Source of the DNA: an uncultured bacterium
GTDB taxonomy: Bacteria; Fidelibacterota; Marinisomatia; Marinisomatales; JABMOV01
Length of the DNA: 64,000 nt
NCBI GenBank assembly: GCA_964344305.1
Contig: CAYFMT010000007.1
Coordinates: forward strand, 26,886 to 90,885
Direction of reading: 5' to 3'
Made by a program: the position numbers and the translations under genes
Notes under the pieces: model-generated
What the model was told of the DNA's origin: nothing
Database searches by the model: none
Seen by the model: the letters and a program-made list of their open reading frames with translations, nothing else
Shown: one piece after another, positions 29,841 through 38,549 of the stretch
Position numbering within the stretch: the stretch's first letter is position 1
How the letters are laid out: each line of letters opens with the position of its first letter

Positions 29841-30833
29841 TTAAAACTGTTCCAGAAAACGAATATCATTCTGGTAAAACAGACGTATGTCATCAATCTT
29901 GTATTTCAACATGGCCATACGCTCCACACCCATTCCAAACGCGTATCCTTTCCATTCTTCCGGATCATACCCAACAGAGTTAAATACTTCGGGGTCGACC
30001 ATCCCACACCCAAGAATCTCCATCCACTGGTTCCGTTCTTCATTCCAGAGATCAACCTCTGCGCTTGGTTCTGTAAACGGAAAGAAACTTGGCCTAAATC
30101 TTAATTTAGTGTCAGGTCCAAACATCCGATGGATAAAATAGGTCAATGTGGATTTGAGTTCTGAAAAAGTAACATGTTTATCCACGTACAATCCTTCAAC
30201 CTGATGAAACAGGCAATAACTCTTGTAACTGATTGCCTCATTCCGATACACACGTCCGGGACAAATATATCGAATGGGTGGATCTTCATTTTCCATTAAA
30301 TGAATTTGAACATTACTGGTGTGGGTACGCAGTACCACATTTTCTTCAACAAAGAACGTGTCTTGCATATCTCTGGCAGGATGATGCTTGGGAATATTTA
30401 ATGCCTGAAAATTATGATAGTCATCATCAATTTCAGGTCCATAAGCCACGGAAAAACCAATATCCCTGAAAATAGACTTGATTTCATCCATCGTTTGTTG
30501 AAGTGGGTGAATGGATCCCACACGAAATGAATGTCCGGGCAATGTGTAGTCGAAAATTGAGTCGCTATCACCTTCTGTAGAAGATGATGAATCCTCTAAC
30601 TTACTTGAAAACTGTGCAGTTAATTCGGATCTTAACTCGTTTAACAGTTTCCCAATGATAGGCCGCTCAGATGCATCGACAGATCCCATCTGAGAAAACA
30701 ATGCAGCCACTCTCCCCTTCCTGCCAAGAAAGGATGATTTCAGTTGGTCTATTTCGTTTTGCTTTGATGGAAAGGAATCAATTGCAGCCCGGAAATCATC
30801 CCGGACTGCATCGATTTTATCTTGAAAAGACAT
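29841..30833 (-). CDS. pheS: phenylalanine--tRNA ligase alpha subunit
   Basis: 330 aa with class II motifs (HPARDMQDTF, RTHTS, GRVYR, FPFTEPS, GFAFGMGVERMAM). Confidence 0.97.
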   Translation of the reverse strand: MSFQDKIDAVRDDFRAAIDSFPSKQNEIDQLKSSFLGRKGRVAALFSQMGSVDASERPIIGKLLNELRSELTAQFSSKLEDSSSSTEGDSDSIFDYTLPGHSFRVGSIHPLQQTMDEIKSIFRDIGFSVAYGPEIDDDYHNFQALNIPKHHPARDMQDTFFVEENVVLRTHTSNVQIHLMENEDPPIRYICPGRVYRNEAISYKSYCLFHQVEGLYVDKHVTFSELKSTLTYFIHRMFGPDTKLRFRPSFFPFTEPSAEVDLWNEERNQWMEILGCGMVDPEVFNSVGYDPEEWKGYAFGMGVERMAMLKYKIDDIRLFYQNDIRFLEQF

Positions 30834-30835
30834 CG

Positions 30836-31183
30836 TTATTTTTGAACGGTCTTTACGAGCTGGGCAAAGGCCTCAGGGTTGGAAACAGCCAGATCGGCCA
30901 GGATTTTCCTGTTGAGGTCAATACCTTCCTGTTTTAAACCGGAAATGAATGCAGAATATGACATACCATGTTGCCGTGCAGCCGCGTTAATCCGCAATAT
31001 CCAGAGTCTACGGAACATCCGTTTTTTCTGGCGTCGGTCACGGTAAGCATAAGTACCAGCTTTCCAGACCGAGTCTTTTGCAGCTTTATAATTGCGGCTC
31101 CGGGCACCATAGTAGCCTTTGGCCTGCTTCACCACTTTACGGTGTCTTCTATGTCGAGGTACAGAACTATTAGATCTTGGCAT
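30836..31183 (-). CDS. rplT: 50S ribosomal protein L20
   Basis: 115 aa starting MPRS......RHRKV...AKGY.G.R, with INRK.LA.LA matching L20. Confidence 0.96.
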   Translation of the reverse strand: MPRSNSSVPRHRRHRKVVKQAKGYYGARSRNYKAAKDSVWKAGTYAYRDRRQKKRMFRRLWILRINAAARQHGMSYSAFISGLKQEGIDLNRKILADLAVSNPEAFAQLVKTVQK

Positions 31184-31195
31184 AATTCAGTCCTC

Positions 31196-31390
31196 CTATT
31201 CTGCGAGCATCTGCCGTACGCGATTCACTTCGGATGAAGAAACGAGTCCTGCATTACGCATTTTCCGTTTTACACCCTTAGATCTGCGAATAAGCATATG
31301 TCTATGGTTTGCTTTATTACGTCGGATTTTGCCGGATCCGGTAAACCGGAAACGTTTGGCAGCACCACGACGTGTCTTCATCTTAGGCAT
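31196..31390 (-). CDS. rpmI: 50S ribosomal protein L35
   Basis: 64 aa starting MPKMKTRRGAAKRF..TGSGKI.R..A...H, matching L35. Confidence 0.95.
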   Translation of the reverse strand: MPKMKTRRGAAKRFRFTGSGKIRRNKANHRHMLIRRSKGVKRKMRNAGLVSSSEVNRVRQMLAE

Positions 31391-31399
31391 TCATTACTC

Positions 31400-31912
31400 C
31401 TATTTTGCAATGAACATTGTTGACATTCTACGTCCCTCCAGACCATCACGTTTTTCAACGACCGCCACTTCCTCGAGCATGTCAATAACTCGGTCCATGA
31501 GATCGTCACCCAGATCCAGTCGGGACATTTCTCGGCCACGGAACATCACCGTAACCTTGAGTTTGCTTCCTTCTTTCAGGAATTTTTTGCCTTGATTTAT
31601 TTTTGTATCAAGGTCATGTACATCAATATGTGGACGAACCCGTACTTCCTTTATTTTAACAACATGCTGTTTTTTCTTACTTGCCTGCTGCTTTTTCTTG
31701 GCTTCATATTTTATTTTACCATAATCAAGAATTTTGCATACCGGTGGTTTTGCATTAGGTGCCACCTCAACGAGATCCAGTCCCGCATCCTGTGCCTGTT
31801 GCAATGCTGATTCAATACCGACTATACCTACCTGTTCACCATTGCCGTCGATCAGGCGAACTTCTTTTTCATCTATATCTTCGTTGATACGGGTTTTATT
31901 CTGATTTGCGAT
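31400..31912 (-). CDS. infC: translation initiation factor IF-3 (non-canonical ATC start proposed)
   Basis: The track ORF (TTG at 31804) lacks the conserved N-domain. In-frame upstream sequence reads I-ANQNKTRINEDIDEKEVRLIDGNGEQVGIVGIESALQQAQDAGLDLVEV, which is typical of IF-3. No ATG/GTG/TTG lies between the in-frame stop at 31931..31933 and 31804. The ATC at 31912..31910 has AAGGAG 8 nt upstream. Confidence 0.85.
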   Translation of the reverse strand: MANQNKTRINEDIDEKEVRLIDGNGEQVGIVGIESALQQAQDAGLDLVEVAPNAKPPVCKILDYGKIKYEAKKKQQASKKKQHVVKIKEVRVRPHIDVHDLDTKINQGKKFLKEGSKLKVTVMFRGREMSRLDLGDDLMDRVIDMLEEVAVVEKRDGLEGRRMSTMFIAK

Positions 31913-33854
31913 AAGATATACTCCTTGTTTTTACTTCGTCCACTAAGATCCGGGTAAAATCACTCAATTCCTCTACACCCAGATCACCAATTTTCCGTCT
32001 CCTTACAGATACGGAACGATTTTCTTTTTCCTTTTCACCAATAATTGCCATTACCGGAATTTTACTTAATTCAGCCTGTCTTATTTTTGCGCCAATTTTG
32101 TCTGGTCGCATGTCCAATTCACAACGAATCCCAGCCTGTGTTAACTCTGATAGGATTTCCTTGCCATAGTCGTGCGTTTTCTCCGATACTGGGAGAACAA
32201 TCACCTGCCTGGGGGCCAGCCAAAGTGGAAAATCACCTGCAAAATGTTCAATTAAGAACCCCACAAATCGTTCGTGTGTGCTTAGTGGTGCTCGATGTAT
32301 ACACAGAGGGGTTTCGTCTTTTCCCTCATCATTTGTGTAGGTTAATCCAAAACGACCGGGAATAGCAAAATCCACCTGATTTGTGGCCAGTGTAAATTCT
32401 TTTCCTATGGCACTCCAAACCTGAACATCAATCTTGGGACCATAAAACGCTGCTTCACCTGGTATTTCTGTGTAGTTGAACCCACCGGAATCCAGAGCCT
32501 CCCTTACTGCCTGCTCCGTTTGAATCCACATTTCAGGATCATCCACATATTTCTTCCCAAGGTCATCAGGGTCGTGAAGACTGAGTCGCATCATGTACTT
32601 CTCAATTCCAAATATTTCAAAATACTCAAGATACATGTTGCACACTGCAAGGAACTCATCCTTGAATTGTTCCGGGGTACAATAAATATGCGCATCATTC
32701 ATTTGCATACTTCTCACCCTCATCAGACCAAACAATTGCCCTGATTTTTCATATCGATAACAGGTGCCGTATTCTGCCAGGCGAACCGGCATATCCCGGT
32801 AGCTTTTTGGGGTAGCGCCGAAGATCTTGTGATGATGGGGACAATTCATGGGTTTTACATAATAGTCCACCCCATCGATTGTCATGGCAGGATACATGGA
32901 TTCTTTGTAATGAGATAAATGCCCACTCCGTTCGTATAAACTTCCTTTTGTAAGGTGAGGAGTCCTTACACGCTGATACCCTGCTTTTAATTCGGATTCT
33001 TTTGCCAGATTTTCCAATTCCTCGAGGATAATGGCACCGTTTGGTAACCATAAAGGTAACCCTGGGCCCACTTCATCATCGAACGTGTATAAATCCAGTT
33101 CACGGCCAAGTTTTCTGTGATCACGTTTTTTTGCTTCTTCCAGGAATTGCAGATATTTTTTCAACCCTTTTTTTGAACTGAAAACCGTACCATAAATGCG
33201 TTGAAGCATTTTGTTATTTTCATCACCGCGCCAATAAGCACCTGATGTATTTAACAGCTTAAAATACTTAATCTTTGACGTATTGTGTACATGAGGACCT
33301 CTACAAAGGTCTATCCAGTCAGATTGTTGGTATGCTGTGAGGGTTTCTCCTTTTGGGATATCCTCAATTATCTCTGCCTTGTAGAGTTCACCCATTTTTC
33401 TGAAAAGTGTGATGGCCTCATCTCTTTTCAGCACTTTTCTGGAAACATCCTGAGCATTTTTTGATAGTTCACGCATCTTATCTTCGATACGCTGCAGGTC
33501 ATCTTCTGAAAATGTTCCAGGAATATCAAAATCATAATAAAAGCGATTTTCGATAGCTGGACCGATGGTAACCTGTGAATCAGGGAACAATTCCTTTACA
33601 GCTTGAGCCATAAGGTGAGCCGTGCTGTGCAAAAGAACGTCATGCCCTTCGGGTGAGTCCCCAGTGAATAATTCGATCGTTGCGTCATACGTAATTGGGA
33701 ATGTGATATCACTCAGCGTTCCGTTTATTTTACTGACAATGACATCCTGTGCCAGACGGGGTCCAATGCTTTCAGCAATTTCCAATGGGGTCGTACCAGA
33801 AGGGTATTTTCTGGTGGTTTGATCAGGAAAAGTGATGGTTATTGGGCTACTCAT
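31896..33854 (-). CDS. thrS: threonine--tRNA ligase
   Basis: 652 aa with TGS, editing (HSTAH) and class II catalytic domains and an anticodon-binding domain. thrS-infC-rpmI-rplT synteny. Confidence 0.97.
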   Translation of the reverse strand: MSSPITITFPDQTTRKYPSGTTPLEIAESIGPRLAQDVIVSKINGTLSDITFPITYDATIELFTGDSPEGHDVLLHSTAHLMAQAVKELFPDSQVTIGPAIENRFYYDFDIPGTFSEDDLQRIEDKMRELSKNAQDVSRKVLKRDEAITLFRKMGELYKAEIIEDIPKGETLTAYQQSDWIDLCRGPHVHNTSKIKYFKLLNTSGAYWRGDENNKMLQRIYGTVFSSKKGLKKYLQFLEEAKKRDHRKLGRELDLYTFDDEVGPGLPLWLPNGAIILEELENLAKESELKAGYQRVRTPHLTKGSLYERSGHLSHYKESMYPAMTIDGVDYYVKPMNCPHHHKIFGATPKSYRDMPVRLAEYGTCYRYEKSGQLFGLMRVRSMQMNDAHIYCTPEQFKDEFLAVCNMYLEYFEIFGIEKYMMRLSLHDPDDLGKKYVDDPEMWIQTEQAVREALDSGGFNYTEIPGEAAFYGPKIDVQVWSAIGKEFTLATNQVDFAIPGRFGLTYTNDEGKDETPLCIHRAPLSTHERFVGFLIEHFAGDFPLWLAPRQVIVLPVSEKTHDYGKEILSELTQAGIRCELDMRPDKIGAKIRQAELSKIPVMAIIGEKEKENRSVSVRRRKIGDLGVEELSDFTRILVDEVKTRSISYRKSE

Positions 33855-33983
33855 AGAAATTTATTATGAAATATTCAATTAAAAAGCACGAGCGGTTGTG
33901 TTCAGACGTAAAAAGCCTGTTACACAAGTATGTATAGATATGTGATGGTCTTGTTTCTTAAGAATCATTTGTTTGATTTCCTG

Positions 33984-34057
33984 TGGGCGATAACGGATTC
34001 GAACCATTGACCTCTACGATGTCAACGTAGCGCTCTAACCAACTGAGCTAATCGCCC
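33984..34057 (-). tRNA. tRNA-Val (anticodon GAC)
   Basis: Reverse complement reads GGGCGAT-TA-GCTC-AGTTGGTTA-GAGC-G-CTACG-TTGACAT-CGTAG-AGGTC-AATGG-TTCGAAT-CCGTT-ATCGCCC-A. Confidence 0.9.
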
Positions 34058-34136
34058 AAAGATTTTCATTTTTCCAATAAGCTCACGTGATTAGCAAAGT
34101 TGCCTGTCCCGTACTTAAGCCTAACGGAAGTCGGGA

Positions 34137-34172
34137 AGCTAATCGCCCGAAATTTCTCTTTATCCAAATTGC
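34137..34172. repeat. partial duplicate of the tRNA-Val 5' end plus leader (second copy of 34046..34082)
   Basis: AGCTAATCGCCC (12/12 identical) at 34046..34057 and 34137..34148. Roughly 60% identity follows over the next 25 nt, and the period is 91 nt. Confidence 0.6.
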
Positions 34173-34244
34173 CAAACCTTCTTCGAAAAAAGCCACGAAA
34201 TTTAGCAGGATTAGCGGATCATCTGTAAGAAATTATTTTACGCA

Positions 34245-35900
34245 CTATTGAAGATTAGAACTAAGGATTTCAGTGTAGGCAACATCATCGTTTAACAGCC
34301 GAATCGTCTCGGATAATACATTATCGTATTTCAAAGATATTTCGATTTTTTTCCTGCTATTTTCGAGGGATTGGGCAAATTCCATGTGTAAAGCTTCTTT
34401 GATCTGATCCTTTTCCTTCTCGAATAGTGATGTCTCCTTTTCATCAATGTATTGATCCATCTGATCGAAAATAGATGATAAGTTCGTATTTGAGCTGTCG
34501 TTCTCTAGGAACAGATCTTTCATCTCGTTATAGCGTTTCTCGCCGAGAAGCCTGATATCCAAATCCATCCCAGAAAGAAATGTTTGAAATTTCTCTATTA
34601 ATTCAACGTCACGAATGACATCATCCAGTGTATCATACTCTGATTGATGTTTTTGTGCATATGTAAAGAATACACTCTTCCTGTAACATTCCTGCATTAA
34701 TGGTCCAAGTTTGTCAACATCCACTTCAAAATCCGGTGCAATTCCTCCACCACCTTTTACAGTCCTGCCGGACAACGTTGTAAATAAGGAATCATCATCG
34801 TCAGAATTCAATACAATTTTCTCATCAACATAGCCTGGCTTTTGGATAAGACGACCGCTGGGGATATAATATTTTGCGGTAGTTATCTTTAGTGAGCGAG
34901 AGCGATCCAGGTCAAAAACAGATTGGACCAATCCTTTACCAAATGATGGTCTACCAACAATGATGGCTCTGTCCAGGTCCTGAAGGGTTCCGGAAACAAT
35001 TTCACTCGCAGAAGCACTTCCTTCATTAATCAGGACAGCAATTTTTATGTCATCCGATATGATGGGTTCTCTTTTTGCTTTCAATACTCGGTTACTCGCC
35101 CTGTTTCTGCCTTTTGTGGAAAGCAGCATTTCACCTTCAGGCACAAACATGTCCAGAATATCGATGGCTGCATTCAGCAAACCTCCGGGATTATCCCTTA
35201 AGTCTAATATAATGGATTCTGGATTGTGTTTCACAAGGTCACTGACTGCGGACTTCATTTCTGATATTGAATTTTTTGAAAACCTTGTTAACCTGATATA
35301 ACCATTCTTATCATCGATCATACCTGAATAGGTAACATCATCTACTCGAATATCGCCACGAACCAGAGAGAACTCCAGGTCATCTTCACTTCCCATACGG
35401 TGTATCGTTAAAGAGACTTTTGTTCCTTTCTTTCCACGGATTTCTTTCGCCGCATCATTGATAGACATATCTATGGTAGGCCTTCCATCAATTTTAACAA
35501 TAACATCGCCACGGATTATCCCTGCGCGTTGGGCAGGAGAATCATCCATGGGTGCAATAACTGTCAGTTTCCCTTCTCGTCTGCCAAGATGCATACCGAC
35601 GCCACCGTATTTCCCATGAGTCAGAATATCCAACCCATCTTTCTCCTCATCCTCAAGGTATACGGTATAAGGATCAAGGTTTTCGAGGATATCCCTGATG
35701 CTTTCACGGGTAAATGCCTCAATGTCAATATCATCAGCATAATTTGTAATAATATTCTTGTAAACATTATTGATGAGCCGCTGTGATTCTGCAATTTGCT
35801 GAAACAATTGCGACTTTGATACGGCCAGTGATAATAACGCTGCTATGCTGACAGTGAAAACCATGATCCAAAGTGATTTCCTATTCATGGCTTTTTTCAT
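34245..35900 (-). CDS. S41 C-terminal processing peptidase (Ctp/Prc-like) with PDZ domain
   Basis: 551 aa with a signal/anchor helix, a PDZ domain (GGVGM...DDSPAQRAGI..GD.I..IDG), and S41 catalytic motifs (NEGSASASEI, GKGLVQ). Confidence 0.9.
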   Translation of the reverse strand: MKKAMNRKSLWIMVFTVSIAALLSLAVSKSQLFQQIAESQRLINNVYKNIITNYADDIDIEAFTRESIRDILENLDPYTVYLEDEEKDGLDILTHGKYGGVGMHLGRREGKLTVIAPMDDSPAQRAGIIRGDVIVKIDGRPTIDMSINDAAKEIRGKKGTKVSLTIHRMGSEDDLEFSLVRGDIRVDDVTYSGMIDDKNGYIRLTRFSKNSISEMKSAVSDLVKHNPESIILDLRDNPGGLLNAAIDILDMFVPEGEMLLSTKGRNRASNRVLKAKREPIISDDIKIAVLINEGSASASEIVSGTLQDLDRAIIVGRPSFGKGLVQSVFDLDRSRSLKITTAKYYIPSGRLIQKPGYVDEKIVLNSDDDDSLFTTLSGRTVKGGGGIAPDFEVDVDKLGPLMQECYRKSVFFTYAQKHQSEYDTLDDVIRDVELIEKFQTFLSGMDLDIRLLGEKRYNEMKDLFLENDSSNTNLSSIFDQMDQYIDEKETSLFEKEKDQIKEALHMEFAQSLENSRKKIEISLKYDNVLSETIRLLNDDVAYTEILSSNLQ

Positions 35901-36529
35901 GGTAACAATTTCCTTTTGGTCATTTCATTAATTATTTGATCCTGGATCGTACTAATGCTTTGGGTTCCATCAACTTTAACAATTCGATTCTTGAATTCCT
36001 TGCAAAGATCCAGGTAGCGATTCCTCGTTTGTTCCTGAAATGAAAGGCCTGCACTTTCAATTCTATCGGGCTCGCCACCCCTTCTGGACATACCTGTAAT
36101 GGGATCTACATCTATATAAAAAGTAATATCAGGGTCCAGGTCAAATGTTGCAAAAGCATTCAACTGAACGAGCCAGTCATGGTCTAGATCCCTGCCACCA
36201 CCCTGATAGGCAAGTGTTGAATCCTTGTACCTATCAGCTATCACCCATTTTCCCGACTCCAGTGCTGGTACAATCACTTCCTTAGTAAGTTGTGCACGAC
36301 TGGCAGTCATGAGTAATGCTTCTGTTCGTGCATTTAACTCATTTCCACCTGAATGAAGCAAAATATCACGAATCATTTCTGACACATGAGTCCCTCCAGG
36401 TTCACGAATGATGATTGTTTCTTCTCCAGAGGATTTCAGAAAATCATTCAAGTGTTGTGCCTGGGTGGATTTACCACAACCATCAATACCTTCAAATGTA
36501 ATGAATGCAGATTTATGAGAAATAGACAT
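35897..36529 (-). CDS. tmk: thymidylate kinase
   Basis: P-loop FITFEGIDGCGKSTQ and REPGGT motifs. I prefer the ATG at 36529 to the track's TTG at 36547. Confidence 0.92.
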   Translation of the reverse strand: MSISHKSAFITFEGIDGCGKSTQAQHLNDFLKSSGEETIIIREPGGTHVSEMIRDILLHSGGNELNARTEALLMTASRAQLTKEVIVPALESGKWVIADRYKDSTLAYQGGGRDLDHDWLVQLNAFATFDLDPDITFYIDVDPITGMSRRGGEPDRIESAGLSFQEQTRNRYLDLCKEFKNRIVKVDGTQSISTIQDQIINEMTKRKLLP

Positions 36530-37226
36530 TGGGATTGTTTTTTCCAATCATGATAACACATTCTCCTTTTGCAGGATGTGAACTAAAATATGATATGAGG
36601 TCAGAAATTGTTCCACGATGCATTTCCTCATGGATTTTGGTTATCTCTCTGCCAATGACAGCAGGTCTGTCACCCATTTCATTCAGAAGGTCATTAAGCG
36701 TCCTTACCAGACGTTTAGGACTTTCATACAGCACTACGGTGGCATTTTCATCAATCATGGATAAAATGCGCTTACGTCGACCTTTTTTTGGAGGTAGAAA
36801 GCCCTCAAAAATAAATCGATCTGTGGGCAATCCTGAAGATACCAGTGCAGCAATAACTGCAGAAGGTCCCGGCACAGGTGATACTGATACACTGGCATCA
36901 ATTGCACCACGGATAAGTTTGTAGGCTGGATCGCTGATTCCCGGTGTTCCTGCATCGGTAATCAATGCAATATCCTTACCACTGGTCAGGGACTCTACAA
37001 TTTGAGGGATGCGGGTAAACCTGTTATGCTCGTAATAACTGATAACCGGCGTATTTATGGAATAGTGCTTCAGCAGAATCCGGCTGTGTCGTGTATCTTC
37101 GGCAGCAATAACAGAGACTGATTTTAATATATCGATTGCCCTAAAGGTGATATCACCCAGGTTACCAATAGGTGTTGATACAATATAGAGTGTCCCTTTT
37201 TTATTGCTGTTTAAAGACGACTTAAT
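36513..37226 (-). CDS. rsmI: 16S rRNA (cytidine1402-2'-O)-methyltransferase RsmI (start codon unresolved)
   Basis: The track ORF starts at an internal TTG. The in-frame upstream translation ...KKGTLYIVSTPIGNLGDITFRAIDILKSVSVIAAEDTRHSRILLKHY... is the conserved RsmI N-terminus. No ATG/GTG/TTG lies between the in-frame TGA (37242..37244) and that motif. The ATT at 37226..37224 is given as a provisional start. Confidence 0.8.
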   Translation of the reverse strand: MKSSLNSNKKGTLYIVSTPIGNLGDITFRAIDILKSVSVIAAEDTRHSRILLKHYSINTPVISYYEHNRFTRIPQIVESLTSGKDIALITDAGTPGISDPAYKLIRGAIDASVSVSPVPGPSAVIAALVSSGLPTDRFIFEGFLPPKKGRRKRILSMIDENATVVLYESPKRLVRTLNDLLNEMGDRPAVIGREITKIHEEMHRGTISDLISYFSSHPAKGECVIMIGKNNPNVYFS

Positions 37227-38527
37227 GCCCTCCGAATAATGTCAATTCCCTGGTCAATTTCATCTTTGCTAATATTCAAATGAGGTCTAAACCTGATACT
37301 TTTGTGACCACATCCAAGAATCAATGCACCTTCTTCTGCAATCAGGCCAGCCAGTGAATCGCGTTTGTCTCCATCAGGCAAATCAAATGCACAGAATAGA
37401 CCAAGACCACGAGCGTTGGAAACAAGACCGCCAAACTCACCCTGAACATCGTGTAATTTTGATTGAAGGTATTTACCTGATTCTTTTGCTCGTGTCACAA
37501 GGTTTTCCTTCTCTATAATATCAAGGTAAAGTGTGAACCGAACCATATCAACTACATTTCCGCCCCAGGTGGAATTGATACGGCTAGATTCATGAAATAC
37601 ATTCTTCTCTACCTCATCAAGGCGATTCCCGGCAAACATACCACAAACCTGCGTTTTTTTACCAAAACTAATGATGTCAGGTCTTGCATTCTCTCCATAG
37701 TTTTGATGAGCCCACATTTCACCGGTCAATGCCACGCCGGTTTGGACTTCATCATAAATCAAAATAATTTCGTTTTCATCGGCGAGAGAACGGAGTGATT
37801 CAAAGAATTCCTTCCTGAAATGATTGTCTCCGCCTTCACCCTGTATGGGTTCAATAATAATTGATGCGATATCATATGGATTTTCAGCAATGGCTTTCTT
37901 GATCTCGCTAATGGCCTTTTTCTCAAGCTCGATTACTGATTCCAGATTTTCTGACAGTGGGAATGTGATTTTTGGGGTTGTAATCCTTGGCCAGTCAAAT
38001 TTTGGAAAATACATCACTTTTCGAGGGTCTGGAGAATCCGTTAGTGACATGGTATATCCAGTCCGACCGTGGAAACATTCACTAAAATGAATGACTTTTG
38101 AACCTAATTCCCCGCGGCCTGCGGCAATATTTTTCCGCACTTTCCAGTCAAATGCAGCTTTTAACGCATTCTCTACTGCCAGCCCTCCACCTTCAATGTA
38201 AAAAGCATAGGGAAGGTACTCGGGTTGAGCAACTCGTCCCATGGTAGATACAAACTCAGCCATTTCCTTAGAGTAGATATCAGAATTTGTAGGTTTGTTC
38301 ATGGCAGCGTCGGCCAAGCGTTCACGATTTTCAAGAATGTAAGGATGATTGTAACCTACAGACAGAGAAGCGAACATTGTGAATAAGTCCAGGTACTCCC
38401 GACCAGTTTTTGAATCAACAAGCCATGATCCATGACTTTTCTTTAAATCAATAACCGGATCCATGCCATCGGCCAGCATGTGTTTACCAATGGCAGAATG
38501 AACATTTTTTGCATCTACGTTAATCAT
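37211..38527 (-). CDS. lat: L-lysine 6-transaminase (class III aminotransferase)
   Basis: 438 aa with long colinear similarity to actinobacterial/flavobacterial Lat (NKP.NSD.YS...F....., GGLAVENALKAAFDWK, FDWPRI, EPIQGEGGD, FDEVQTG, FGKKTQVCG, NSTWGGN). Confidence 0.88.
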   Translation of the reverse strand: MINVDAKNVHSAIGKHMLADGMDPVIDLKKSHGSWLVDSKTGREYLDLFTMFASLSVGYNHPYILENRERLADAAMNKPTNSDIYSKEMAEFVSTMGRVAQPEYLPYAFYIEGGGLAVENALKAAFDWKVRKNIAAGRGELGSKVIHFSECFHGRTGYTMSLTDSPDPRKVMYFPKFDWPRITTPKITFPLSENLESVIELEKKAISEIKKAIAENPYDIASIIIEPIQGEGGDNHFRKEFFESLRSLADENEIILIYDEVQTGVALTGEMWAHQNYGENARPDIISFGKKTQVCGMFAGNRLDEVEKNVFHESSRINSTWGGNVVDMVRFTLYLDIIEKENLVTRAKESGKYLQSKLHDVQGEFGGLVSNARGLGLFCAFDLPDGDKRDSLAGLIAEEGALILGCGHKSIRFRPHLNISKDEIDQGIDIIRRALSRL

Positions 38528-38549
38528 ATTTATCCTCGAATTTATACCG

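Noticed and set aside
31119-31595. 158-aa plus-strand ORF. Similar long antisense ORFs occur at 4501..4938, 36529..36924, 40554..40961 and 48689..49204.
   Set aside because: All lie antisense within strongly supported genes (rplT/rpmI/infC, the acyl-CoA ligase, rsmI, the TPR gene, rnr). Their composition is S/R/P-rich and typical of shadow ORFs.
33855-33983. thrS 5' leader, checked for a T-box or an operator-like tRNA mimic.
   Set aside because: I recognised no specifier loop, T-box sequence or antiterminator. There is only one imperfect hairpin (TGTGTTCAG...CTGTTACACA).
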